From Candidatus Tectimicrobiota bacterium (GTDB lineage Bacteria > JACPUC01): 64,000 nucleotides of DNA. Location of the stretch: NCBI GenBank assembly GCA_016192455.1, contig JACPUC010000001.1:62001-126000 (forward strand). Direction: 5' to 3'. The position numbers and the translations under genes are program-made. Shown here piece by piece: positions 40,396-49,380 of this stretch. Position 1 is the first letter of the stretch, and each line of letters begins with the position of its first letter. Under the pieces are notes generated by a model. That model did not search any database. It was not told the origin of the DNA and saw only the letters and a program-made list of their open reading frames with translations.

Positions 40396-42972
40396 ATGGA
40401 GCGAAGCCGCGTGCTCGTTGATTTGCAACGCGCCGCGGCGCTGCCGACGCTGCCGGTTGTTGCGGTCGAGCTCATGGGCCTGACCCTAGACGATAGTGCC
40501 TCCATTGAGAAGCTCGCGCGCCTGATCTCGACCGACCAAGCCCTGACCCTGAAGGTCTTCAAGGTTGCGAATTCTCCCTTCTATCGCCGCGAACGGCGCA
40601 TCACCACCCTTCCCGACGCCATCCTGCTGCTGGGCAGGAAGTTCCTGCGCAGCCTGGTCCTGAGCATCACGGTTTTTGACCTCTTCGACAGCGGCGAGGC
40701 GCCGAGCGGGTTGAACCCGCCGCAACTCTGGGTCCATAGCCTGGCGGTGGCGCAGTGCGCCAAGGTGCTGGGGGCCCACCTGGGGGCGCCGAACCCTGAA
40801 GATTGCTTCGTGGCGGGCCTCCTCCATGACATCGGCCAGCTTGTCCTCGCCCACCTCTACCCCGAGCCCTATGGGGAGGTGCTGCACCGGGCCAGGGAGC
40901 TGCCGTGCGACCTGCTGGCGGCCGAGAACGAGGTCTTGAGCCTGGATCATGCCACGGTGGGGAAATGGGCGCTGGAGCGCTGGCAGTTGCCGCCGCAGTT
41001 CGTCGAGGCGGCGTGGCTGCACCACTGCTGCTTCCCCGGGGGGGTGGAGGTGGGCAGCGGCGCCTGGCTGGCGGGCGTGGTCGCCCTGAGCAACGGGCTG
41101 TGCAACAGCGAAGGCTATACGGCGCACGAAGGCGTGCCGACCGCGCAGCTCGATGTGACGACGCTGCGGAACCTGGGCGTGGGCGAGGTGGAGCTGGTGC
41201 GGATTGCGGACGAGGTGGCCGCGGAGCTGCCGAAGCTGACCGCCACGCTGCATCTGCCGGCCCCCTCCCGCAAGACCTACCTCTCCTACCTGCAGCGCTC
41301 GAACCTGGAGCTGGGAAATCTCAGCCTCGAGCTGCAGCAGAAGATGGCGGCGTTGGAGAGCCGCAATAACGAGCTGCTGAGCATTGCGTCGCTGAGCGCC
41401 GAACTCCACGCCACCTCGGAGATCGACGAGCTGGCGAAGATTCTCGTGGCGGCGGTGCTCGGCGGTCTCGAGGTGGAGCACGTCTGTTGCACCATTGCCT
41501 TGGGGCAGCAGACCGTCTTGCGGGCGGAGGTGTCTCAAACCTCGGAACATGAGCCGCAGCCGACGGTGAGCATCCTGACGCAGGGTGACCGGGGAACCCA
41601 GGTGTACGCCGACAGCACGGCGCATGTGGAGCTGGTGGCCAACGGCAAGACGGTGGGCTTCATCTCGGTGCGCCGCAAGCAGGAGGCGCCGCCGCGGCAG
41701 GAGTTCGCCTCCTCGCTCATCACCTTTGCGAACATCGGCGCCCTTGCCATCGAGCAGGCGCTCACCCGCCACCAGCTCCAAGATCGCACCGAAGAGCTGG
41801 TGGCCACGTCACGGCGGCTGGCGCGCGCGGAGGGGCGGCTGGCCGCGGCGCAGCACCAGGCGACGCGCCTGGAACGCCTGAAGGTCCTGGGCGAGCTCAC
41901 CGCCAGCGTGCTGCACGATTTCAAGAACTCGCTGAGCGTGCTGCTCGGTCGGGCCCAGCTCTTCCTGCTCGAGTGCACGGACGAGAAGCTGCGCCGGCAC
42001 GCCGAGATCATCGAGAAGATCGTCCTCGACGCTTCGCAGATGCTGTCCCAGCTCAGCACGTACGGCAAGGAGTCCGCCGAGGAGGCAAAGGTCCGCCTCG
42101 ATCTCAATGCCGTGGCAGAGGAGGTGGTGACCCTGTTCGAGTCCAGGCTGAAGAAGCTGCGGCTCCAGGGGGTCACCATCGAGGTGGTGAAGGAGCTGCA
42201 ACCGCTGCCGCCCATCTTGGCGGTGGCGTCGTACCTGCGCGAAGCGCTGACGAATCTCCTTCTCAACGCCATCGAGGCGATGCCGCGCGGCGGCAGGTTC
42301 ACGCTGTCCAGCAGGCAGGAGGGGGAAGAGGTCGTGCTGGTGCTTGCCGATACGGGCGTCGGGATGTCACCGGAGACGCTCGACCGCGTCGGCAAGCTGT
42401 TCTACACCACGAAGGGGGATGCGGGCACCGGCATCGGCATCAGCGTCACCAAGAGCCTCGTCAGCCGCCTGAACGGCAGCCTCTCCATCGCCAGCACGGA
42501 GGACGTGGGCACCACCATCACGCTGCGATTCCGCGCCGCTGTCGAGGCCGTTCCCCAGCAGGAGGGGAAGAGGACCGAGACGCTGCGGCACCCCCGGCCG
42601 GCGAAGATCCTCCTCCTGGAGCGTGATGAACAGATGCGCGACTTGATGGAAGAGCTCCTCGTGCAGCAGGGGCATGAGGTCGTTGCGCTCCCCAAGGGAC
42701 CCGAGGAGATCGAGGCGCAGGAACCTGCCGGGTATGACCTGGTCATCTCCGAGCAGGGAGGAGATACCGAGAAGCTGTTCAAACTGGCTCATTCGATCAA
42801 GACGCTGGCGCCGGAATGCCGTTTCCTGCTGGTGGCCAATGGTCAGCCGCTCCCCAACCTCACCCCGTCCGCCGGCTCGGCGATTGATTACGTGGTAAGG
42901 AAACCTTTCCGCATCGAGAAGTTCCTCGATGCCGTGGCGCTGCTCCTCCTGGCGAAGCAACCCCGCGCGTGA
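40396..42972 (+). CDS. HDOD-domain hybrid histidine kinase (HDOD-GAF-like-HisKA-HATPase-degenerate REC)
   Basis: LPTLP, DQALT.KV.KVANS, WVHS, GLLHDIG; H-box LHDFKN; NLLLNAIEAM, DTGVGM, FYTTK, GTGIG; C-terminal receiver ending KPF. Confidence 0.92.
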   Translation: MERSRVLVDLQRAAALPTLPVVAVELMGLTLDDSASIEKLARLISTDQALTLKVFKVANSPFYRRERRITTLPDAILLLGRKFLRSLVLSITVFDLFDSGEAPSGLNPPQLWVHSLAVAQCAKVLGAHLGAPNPEDCFVAGLLHDIGQLVLAHLYPEPYGEVLHRARELPCDLLAAENEVLSLDHATVGKWALERWQLPPQFVEAAWLHHCCFPGGVEVGSGAWLAGVVALSNGLCNSEGYTAHEGVPTAQLDVTTLRNLGVGEVELVRIADEVAAELPKLTATLHLPAPSRKTYLSYLQRSNLELGNLSLELQQKMAALESRNNELLSIASLSAELHATSEIDELAKILVAAVLGGLEVEHVCCTIALGQQTVLRAEVSQTSEHEPQPTVSILTQGDRGTQVYADSTAHVELVANGKTVGFISVRRKQEAPPRQEFASSLITFANIGALAIEQALTRHQLQDRTEELVATSRRLARAEGRLAAAQHQATRLERLKVLGELTASVLHDFKNSLSVLLGRAQLFLLECTDEKLRRHAEIIEKIVLDASQMLSQLSTYGKESAEEAKVRLDLNAVAEEVVTLFESRLKKLRLQGVTIEVVKELQPLPPILAVASYLREALTNLLLNAIEAMPRGGRFTLSSRQEGEEVVLVLADTGVGMSPETLDRVGKLFYTTKGDAGTGIGISVTKSLVSRLNGSLSIASTEDVGTTITLRFRAAVEAVPQQEGKRTETLRHPRPAKILLLERDEQMRDLMEELLVQQGHEVVALPKGPEEIEAQEPAGYDLVISEQGGDTEKLFKLAHSIKTLAPECRFLLVANGQPLPNLTPSAGSAIDYVVRKPFRIEKFLDAVALLLLAKQPRA

Positions 42973-43269
42973 GAGGGAGCGTGGCGTTCTCTCCGCGGCG
43001 TGGCGAAGCGCGGTGGCGCATGCTTGTCGCAGCCGCGGCAGCATTCCTCCCTCAGCTTCCACGGCTCCACCAGGCTCTCGGCGGCAAGGCGCCGCCGCGA
43101 CAGAGCACGTTCCCGTGCCTGTCTGCCCTCTCTACCGACCGGCTGGCAACCGGCAGACGCGCCCCATTCCTGCACAGTTGAGGAGCGTCACCCGCCGCTG
43201 GGGTTTGGTTTGCTCTTGGAAGAGGGGAGGGGCGCCAGGGAGGAAGCGAGGGGCCGGTCACGCCGGCTC

Positions 43270-43458
43270 CTAAATGGATCACGTCATACCGCTGGCGGAA
43301 CCGGAGCCGCAGCCGAGGCTGCTGAACGAGGAGAGGAGGCGCTTGATCCCCGCGGAGCCGCACTGAGGACAGCGCAGCTCGGCGATCGCCGCCTGCGAGA
43401 AGACGATCTTCTCAAACTCCGCGCCGCATTCCGGGCAGCGAAACTCATAGATCGGCAT
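43270..43458 (-). CDS. FmdB-family zinc-ribbon protein (ends 43279 if UGA is a stop; 43270 if UGA is Sec)
   Basis: Not in ORF track. MPIYEFRCPECGAEFEKIVF...RCPQCGSAGIKRLLSSF...GCGSGSASGMT-TGA-TCC-ATT-TAG; RBS GGGAG. Confidence 0.9.
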
Positions 43459-43641
43459 GTCGCTCTGCTCCCACAGGTTGGCATCGTGTCTCGCACCACG
43501 AGCGGAAATCAGCCCCGATCACGTTAATTCTGCCTGACGCTCCTTCCAATATACGCCCCGCGAAACCCCCTGAACAGAGGCGGCCGTCGGCGGCGGTATG
43601 CCTCGCGGATGCATCGTCCGGCGCGGCCCTCCGCAACGGTG

Positions 43642-44712
43642 TTATGGCGCCTGTCCCTGGCGCTCCAGCAGGTCGATGCCGCGCGGGGCCGAGCCGGGCG
43701 GGGCGGCCGGGGTCGTGGGCATGCGCCGCAGCCACGCCAGGGTGCTCTCGGCAATGGCGCGGTTATCAAAGGCGTGCTGGAAGTGGAAGTCGCGCCGAAA
43801 CGCCGCGCCGTCGAGCAGCACCTCGTACGCAAAGAGGTGGGCGCAGTGCTCCTGGCTGCGGAACCAGCGCTCCTTGCGGAGCAGCGGCAGGGGGATGAAG
43901 ATGATCCCCGCCGCGCTGCCGGCGCACTGCCGCACTAGGTCATACCAGGCCTGCCAGGCGAGAGGTTCAGGACCAGGGACATTGTAAACGCGCGGGCTCG
44001 GATCGGGGCGCCGCTCCATGGCGAGGCAGGCGCGCGCGGCATCGCGGGCGTGCAGGAACTCCGTGCGCAACGCGGGGTTGCCATAGCCGGTCAGGGTGGT
44101 GCCGTCGAGAGCGTCCCGGAAAAGGCGGCGCATCCGCTCTCCGTGGAAGCCGGGTCCGAGGATCTCGGGGAAGCGCAGGATGCTGCAGGGGAGCGCCGCG
44201 GAGGCCGCCGCCTGGCGCAGCAACGCTTCCTGCCGCAGCTTGCCGCGAGCGCCAAGGTTCTCCTCGGCAAGGCGGTGCGTCTCTGGGATCGGCGAGACGA
44301 GCGGAACGCCATAGACAAGCACCGTGCTGGGTAGGACGACGTGGGGACGACCCTGGCGGGCTGCCTCGAGCAGCGCCGCAAGCATGACGAGGTCGCGCTC
44401 CTCGCGCTCCTTCCAGGCGGCGGGGGTGGCGGGGCCGGCGGCGCAGTGGATCACGGCGTCCACGTCAGCGAGGGCCTGGCGCAGCACTGCCGGATCGTCG
44501 CAGCTCCCCTCGATCACCTCAACCTGCCCGCTGTCGAGGTTCTCCGCGGCGCTTCGTTGTTCCCTTGGGCCGCCCTCCGCCTCCAGCAAGGCGGAGAACT
44601 TCCGCGCCTGCCGCACGAGGACGCGGCACGTCTCGCCCGCGGCCAGCACCTCCGCCACCACGGCGCGGCCCAGGCAGCCGGCCGCCCCAGTCACGCAGTA
44701 CCGGCGCGGCAC
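43642..44712 (-). CDS. NAD-dependent epimerase/dehydratase family (atypical extended SDR)
   Basis: VTGAAGCLG Rossmann motif, DAVIHCA, LVYG, ILRFPEILGPG, YNVPG. Confidence 0.85.
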   Translation of the reverse strand: MPRRYCVTGAAGCLGRAVVAEVLAAGETCRVLVRQARKFSALLEAEGGPREQRSAAENLDSGQVEVIEGSCDDPAVLRQALADVDAVIHCAAGPATPAAWKEREERDLVMLAALLEAARQGRPHVVLPSTVLVYGVPLVSPIPETHRLAEENLGARGKLRQEALLRQAAASAALPCSILRFPEILGPGFHGERMRRLFRDALDGTTLTGYGNPALRTEFLHARDAARACLAMERRPDPSPRVYNVPGPEPLAWQAWYDLVRQCAGSAAGIIFIPLPLLRKERWFRSQEHCAHLFAYEVLLDGAAFRRDFHFQHAFDNRAIAESTLAWLRRMPTTPAAPPGSAPRGIDLLERQGQAP

Positions 44713-44923
44713 GCTCGAGTCTCCTTGAAGGGTTGTGGCGGCGCAAGCCGGCCGCCAGCATCCCCACCGGCGGCCGAAGACCTACGCGGCGGCCCCAAAA
44801 GCGGCAAAGGGCAGCCGGGAACTCCCAGCCACCCTCTCCGCTGCAAGCGCGCCTCGGGTCGTTGAACAGCCATGGCTTGCGGCAGGGCCGAGCTACGGCC
44901 CCTTCCCCGACCAGGCGGGGCGA

Positions 44924-47359
44924 TCAATGCTTGCCGTTGCCGCCATTCTTGCCGGACCGCTCATCGCGGCGCTTCTGTTCGAGGGCTTTCAGCACTTTCT
45001 CCGGCGTGATCGGCAGCTCGCGGATGCGCACGCCGAGGGCGTCGGCGACGGCATTTGCGATCGAGGCGAGCATGCCGGCAACGACCCCCTCGCCCACCTC
45101 CTTGGCCCCGAACGGCCCCTTCGGATCATAGGTGTGGATCAGCTCGTTGACCACCTCCGGGGTGTCGGAGATGGTGGGGAAGGCGTAGCTCAAGAACGAC
45201 GGGTTGAAGAGCTGCCCGTCGTGCAGTTCGATGTTCTCGTGCAGCGCCTGCCCAAGCCCCATGTGCACGTTGCCGTCGATCTGCCCCTCGACGATGTTCG
45301 AGTTCAGCGGGTAGCCGCAGTCGTGCGCCGTGGTGACGCGCAGCAGCTTCACCGCGCCGGTCACCGTGTTCACCTCCACCTCGGAGATTTGCGCCGCGAA
45401 GCCGTAGGCATCCGTCCAGCGCCCCTTCCCCTTGGCGAGGCTCGGGTAGCGGTTGACGCCGGGAACGGCCTTGTAGAAGCCCTTGCCGATGACCGGATCG
45501 CCCAGGGTTTCGTGGGTGATGTGCTCCACCACCTTGGCGATGGCGATGCCGTGGTTCTCCGACCCCTTGATGAAGATTTTGCCGCCGCGGGCGACGAGGT
45601 CATCCACGTGGGCTTCGAGCATCGCGGCCGCCGCCTCGAAGAGCTGGCGCTTCACCTCCGCGGCCGCGGCGCGCACGGCGTTGCCGGTGACGAAGGCGCC
45701 GCCGCTGAGGAAGCTCCCCATGTCGATGGTCGTCGTCTCGGTGTCGTTGGCGTGCACGTGGATGTCATCGAGGCTGACGCCGAGCTCCTCCGCGGCCACC
45801 TGGGCCAGCGTCGTCTCGGCTCCTTGCCCCATCTCCGTGACGCCGGTGATGAGCGTCGCCTTGCCGTCATCGTGCATCTTGATGATCGCCGCCGAGGCGA
45901 AGGGGTAGTATGGCGCGCCGGAGAACATCGAGCAGACGGAGAGGCCGATGCCGCGCTTCGTCACCGCCGTGCTCGCGGCCGGCGCCAGGCGGGCGCCGCG
46001 GCTGGCCTGGCGCTGCGCCCACCAGTCCGCCCGCGTCGTCGCCCGGTTGATGGCGTCGGTGAGGCCGCAGCTATTCAGCGGATCGCCGTTCCACAGCACG
46101 TCCCCGGTCTGGTGGGCGTTCAGGCGCATGAGATCAGCGGTGTCGATGCCCATGGCCACCGCCGCCTCGTCGAAGAGGGAGTCCATGGCGTAGCGGATTT
46201 GGGGCGCCCCGTGGCCGCGCTGGGCGCCGCGGATGGGGTGGTTCGTGTACACCGAGTAGCCCTTGTAGCGGTAGTGCTCGATGCGATAGCAGGGGATGTT
46301 GTAGGCGTGTCCCAGGAAGATGACGATGGCCCCCGTGCCGCGATAGGCGCCGTTATCGACGATGAACTTCGTGTCCAGGCAGTGCAGCTTGTAGTCCTTC
46401 GTGAAGCCCATCTTCAGGTAGCTGATGGTGGGATGGCGCTGGCGCGTCGTGGTGAAGACCTCTTCGCGGGTGCACTCAAAGCGCACCGGCTTGTGGGTGC
46501 GGCGGCTGAGCTCGGCGGCGCAGAACTCGTACGGGAAGACATCCATCTTGCCGCCGAAGGCGCCCCCCACGTAGCTCTTCTGGATGCGCAGGCGGCTCTG
46601 GTCGATGCCGAGGCAGCGCGCCAGAATGTAGCGCTTGTAGAAGATGCCCATGTTCGCCAGCCACATGTTGAGCTTGCCGGTGGCGTCGTAGTGGGCGATG
46701 GCGGCGTGCGGCTCCATGGCGCAGTGGGCCACGGCGGGCGTCTCGTAGCGCCCCTCGAAGATGTAGGCGCACTCGCCCCAGCCGCGCTCGATGTCGCCCC
46801 ACTCCATGTCGGACTGGCCGCTCAGGTTGACGTGGTCGTAGGTGGCGGTGCTGCTGCGCGTCTTCTTGGCGCCCCACTCCTCCCAGGCCGAGGTGGAGGC
46901 GTACTGGGCGGGGTGGATGATCGGCGCTCCCTCCTTCATCGCCTCTTCGGGATCGAACACCCCCGGCAGCACCTCGTACTCGACGTCGATGAGCTCGAGG
47001 GCCTCGAGCGCCGTGTCCTCGTCGATCGCCGCCACGGCGGCCACCTCGTCGCCGATGTAGCGCACCTTATCGGTCTTCAAGGGCGGCTCGTCGGCGGGGT
47101 AGCGCGGCGTGTCGACGAAGGAAATCTTCACGTCGCCGAGGTCGTGGCCGGTGATGACGGCCTTCACCCCCGGCAGCCGCTTCGCCCGGCTGGTGTCGAT
47201 GTTGAGAATCTTCGCATGCGGATGCGGGCTGCGCAGGATCATGCCGGTCAAGGTGCCCGGCAGATCGATGTCGACGGTGAACTTGGCATCGCCATTCGCC
47301 TTGATGATGCCATCTACCCGTGGCAATGGTTTTCCAACCACTGCGAGGTTCTCTATCAT
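44924..47359 (-). CDS. Xanthine dehydrogenase family molybdopterin-binding large subunit (4-hydroxybenzoyl-CoA reductase alpha-like)
   Basis: ILRSPHPHAKI, GGAFGGK, AQRGHGAPQ, EMGQG, VEGQIDG, GPFGAKEVGEG, IRELPITPEKV. Confidence 0.92.
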   Translation of the reverse strand: MIENLAVVGKPLPRVDGIIKANGDAKFTVDIDLPGTLTGMILRSPHPHAKILNIDTSRAKRLPGVKAVITGHDLGDVKISFVDTPRYPADEPPLKTDKVRYIGDEVAAVAAIDEDTALEALELIDVEYEVLPGVFDPEEAMKEGAPIIHPAQYASTSAWEEWGAKKTRSSTATYDHVNLSGQSDMEWGDIERGWGECAYIFEGRYETPAVAHCAMEPHAAIAHYDATGKLNMWLANMGIFYKRYILARCLGIDQSRLRIQKSYVGGAFGGKMDVFPYEFCAAELSRRTHKPVRFECTREEVFTTTRQRHPTISYLKMGFTKDYKLHCLDTKFIVDNGAYRGTGAIVIFLGHAYNIPCYRIEHYRYKGYSVYTNHPIRGAQRGHGAPQIRYAMDSLFDEAAVAMGIDTADLMRLNAHQTGDVLWNGDPLNSCGLTDAINRATTRADWWAQRQASRGARLAPAASTAVTKRGIGLSVCSMFSGAPYYPFASAAIIKMHDDGKATLITGVTEMGQGAETTLAQVAAEELGVSLDDIHVHANDTETTTIDMGSFLSGGAFVTGNAVRAAAAEVKRQLFEAAAAMLEAHVDDLVARGGKIFIKGSENHGIAIAKVVEHITHETLGDPVIGKGFYKAVPGVNRYPSLAKGKGRWTDAYGFAAQISEVEVNTVTGAVKLLRVTTAHDCGYPLNSNIVEGQIDGNVHMGLGQALHENIELHDGQLFNPSFLSYAFPTISDTPEVVNELIHTYDPKGPFGAKEVGEGVVAGMLASIANAVADALGVRIRELPITPEKVLKALEQKRRDERSGKNGGNGKH

Positions 47360-47482
47360 GAGTGGTCCCCCACTTCTCGCTCACCTGGGCCACGACGCCT
47401 GGCGCCGGCAAGGGGCCGTGGACAGGGGCGGTTTGCTGGTCGTGCGCGGTCAACATGCGTCCGTTTGACGTAAATGAATCTT

Positions 47483-47511
47483 ATTATCTACATTTCTCAC
47501 TCGGAGTGCAA
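47483..47511 (-). promoter_or_regulatory. Putative sigma-70 promoter of the Mo-enzyme gene
   Basis: TTGCAC-N17-GATAAT on the minus strand in an AT-rich patch. Confidence 0.55.
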
Positions 47512-47771
47512 TGAAAAGTGGCGCGGCCCCCTCGTCATCAGGCCTCCCTCCGCCAGCAGGGCCCATTGCGCAGGGCCGAGCGTCAGCCCCCCTGGGCCAA
47601 ACTGCTCACTCCCTCCCTGGACTACCCCTGCGCGGCGCAGGACAATGGGAACTCGCGGGGCGCGGGCGCGTTAAGCTGGGCGGTATATGGAGCACAAATG
47701 GAGCAGCAGTGCGTCCACGCAATGACCCCGCACGCAATGTAACCCCTTTTATTTCAATGGCGTCGGGAGAT

Positions 47772-47810
47772 AATTGCGTGCAAATTGCGTGCAAATTAGG
47801 TGCAAATTGC
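47772..47810. repeat. 11-bp tandem direct repeats (AATTGCGTGCA x ~3.5)
   Basis: AATTGCGTGCA AATTGCGTGCA AATTAGGTGCA AATTGC. Confidence 0.85.
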
Positions 47811-47820
47811 CGGAACCACG

Positions 47821-48000
47821 TCACCGCTCCCCCTCCGCCGGTGTCGGCAGGGTGGTGCTGATGACGTAGCGGCAGCCGTGCTTCCCGGGCAGGCTTTCGA
47901 GCTGCCGCACGATCGCCGCCGCCTCCTCCCGCGTGTAGAAGAGGCCGACGGTGCTGCGCTCACCGTGCGGGCGCACCTCGGTGACGTAGAACTGAGTCAT
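47821..48000 (-). CDS. Small hypothetical protein (59 aa)
   Basis: Not in ORF track. MTQFYVTEVRPHGERSTVGLFYTREEAAAIVRQLESLPGKHGCRYVISTTLPTPAEGER; GGAG RBS, host-like GC3; 52 bp after the upstream stop. Confidence 0.7.
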   Translation of the reverse strand: MTQFYVTEVRPHGERSTVGLFYTREEAAAIVRQLESLPGKHGCRYVISTTLPTPAEGER

Positions 48001-48052
48001 GCTGCCGCCGCTCCGCTCTCGCCTCCCGGCCGTGGCGCCGGCGCAAGGCCGC

Positions 48053-48970
48053 CTACGACTTCGGCGTGCCGTAGCCGAGCTGGCGCTGCTGCTTCATGAA
48101 CGCCTTGTACGTCTCCGCGTAGGGTCTGGCGTTGAAGGGGCAGACATCCACGCAGAGGTGGCAGTACTCCTTGCGTAGGCGGGAGTACGGGTAGCACTTC
48201 TCGAGGTCGGTGAGCCAGCGCTTCACGCCGTCGGTGAGCACGTACTCGTTCGGGATCGCGTCGCCCGGGCAGTTCTTCATGCAGATGGTGCAGTGCAGGC
48301 AGAACTCCTGCACACCGAAGCTGCGCGGTTGATCCTCCGCCAGCGGCATGGTGGTGGTGACGAAGCTGGGCCGAAAGCCCGCGGCATATTGCTCAGTGAT
48401 GAGGCTGCCGTGCTTGCCCAGCTCCCCGAAGCCGGCATGGTGGAAGACGGGGATCGCCTGCACGCAGCTTCCGCCGTTGTGGTGCGCCAGGGCGGGGTAG
48501 CCGAGGTGGCGCACGAAGGCGGCGAGGCGGGTGGCGATGTCCGAGACCTCGGCGTAGACCCGCATCGCCTCCTCTTCCACCGCCGCGTAGCCCTCGATGA
48601 CCACGTCGTACGCTTCGTGGACGACCGTCGCGACGACAAAGTCGTGCGGCAGGTCCACCCCCAGGTCAATCATTGCCGGCCGCAGGCGGCAGATGCCCAC
48701 CAGGTCGGCGCCCAGCTCCGTTGCCGTCGCCTTGATGAGCCGCGCCAGGGCGACCGGATCGTCGGCGGCCACCCCGTCAGGGAAGACGGGACTGGGGTTG
48801 ACCGCACCATCCCGATGCTTGCCGTTCTCCAGCCAGCGGTTGACGTAGGCCATCACCTGGGGAGACCGCGCCGCGAACTGCGGACTCTCCCCCAACCCCA
48901 TGGCGCGCACCATGGACGCCAGGAGCGGATCGGCCATGCCCTGCAAACGCCGCGGCGTGGTCCCCTGCAT
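48053..48970 (-). CDS. Reductive dehalogenase-like cobalamin/2x[4Fe-4S] protein (short, no TAT signal)
   Basis: IKATATELGADLVGI, FVRHLGYPALAH, AGFGELGKHGSLIT, VTTTMPLAEDQP..FG, FCLHCTICMKNCPGDAI, KC...CHLCVDVCPFN. Confidence 0.82.
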   Translation of the reverse strand: MQGTTPRRLQGMADPLLASMVRAMGLGESPQFAARSPQVMAYVNRWLENGKHRDGAVNPSPVFPDGVAADDPVALARLIKATATELGADLVGICRLRPAMIDLGVDLPHDFVVATVVHEAYDVVIEGYAAVEEEAMRVYAEVSDIATRLAAFVRHLGYPALAHHNGGSCVQAIPVFHHAGFGELGKHGSLITEQYAAGFRPSFVTTTMPLAEDQPRSFGVQEFCLHCTICMKNCPGDAIPNEYVLTDGVKRWLTDLEKCYPYSRLRKEYCHLCVDVCPFNARPYAETYKAFMKQQRQLGYGTPKS

Positions 48971-49380
48971 GATCGTCCCCCGGAAGCCGTTATCCCCGGC
49001 CCGACGCCGCGACGTGCGCGCCTCGTCTCTCCGCGTGGGCATCCCCACGGAATCGCGCCTGCCGTCTCAGCAGCGATGCGCCGCCGGGGCGCGCTCCTAC
49101 TCTACCAAAAGACCCGCCCCTCGCACAATGGCTCGGCAGGCGGGCGCGGGCCTGGCGCGTCGGGCGATGAAGCAGCGACGCGGAGAGTTGATTTGCCTCT
49201 CTGATTCTGCTAGTTCTCGACCGACTCCTGCGCGTGGGGGCAGGCAGAATTTTCAGTGCGCCGGAAGCCAAGGCAGGCAACCGCCGTAACGTCGTGGAAC
49301 ACCTGCGCGGTCTTCTCCAGGACGGCGCCCCGCCGCGGCAACGCGTCGAAGCCCATCCCCGCTCCATCTCCTCGCTGCCT

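Noticed and set aside
44735-47473. 912-aa plus-strand ORF and similar long ORFs (9-1061, 18170-20362, 32084-34084, 57411-59684)
   Set aside because: Antisense shadows of real high-GC genes, with no recognisable motifs
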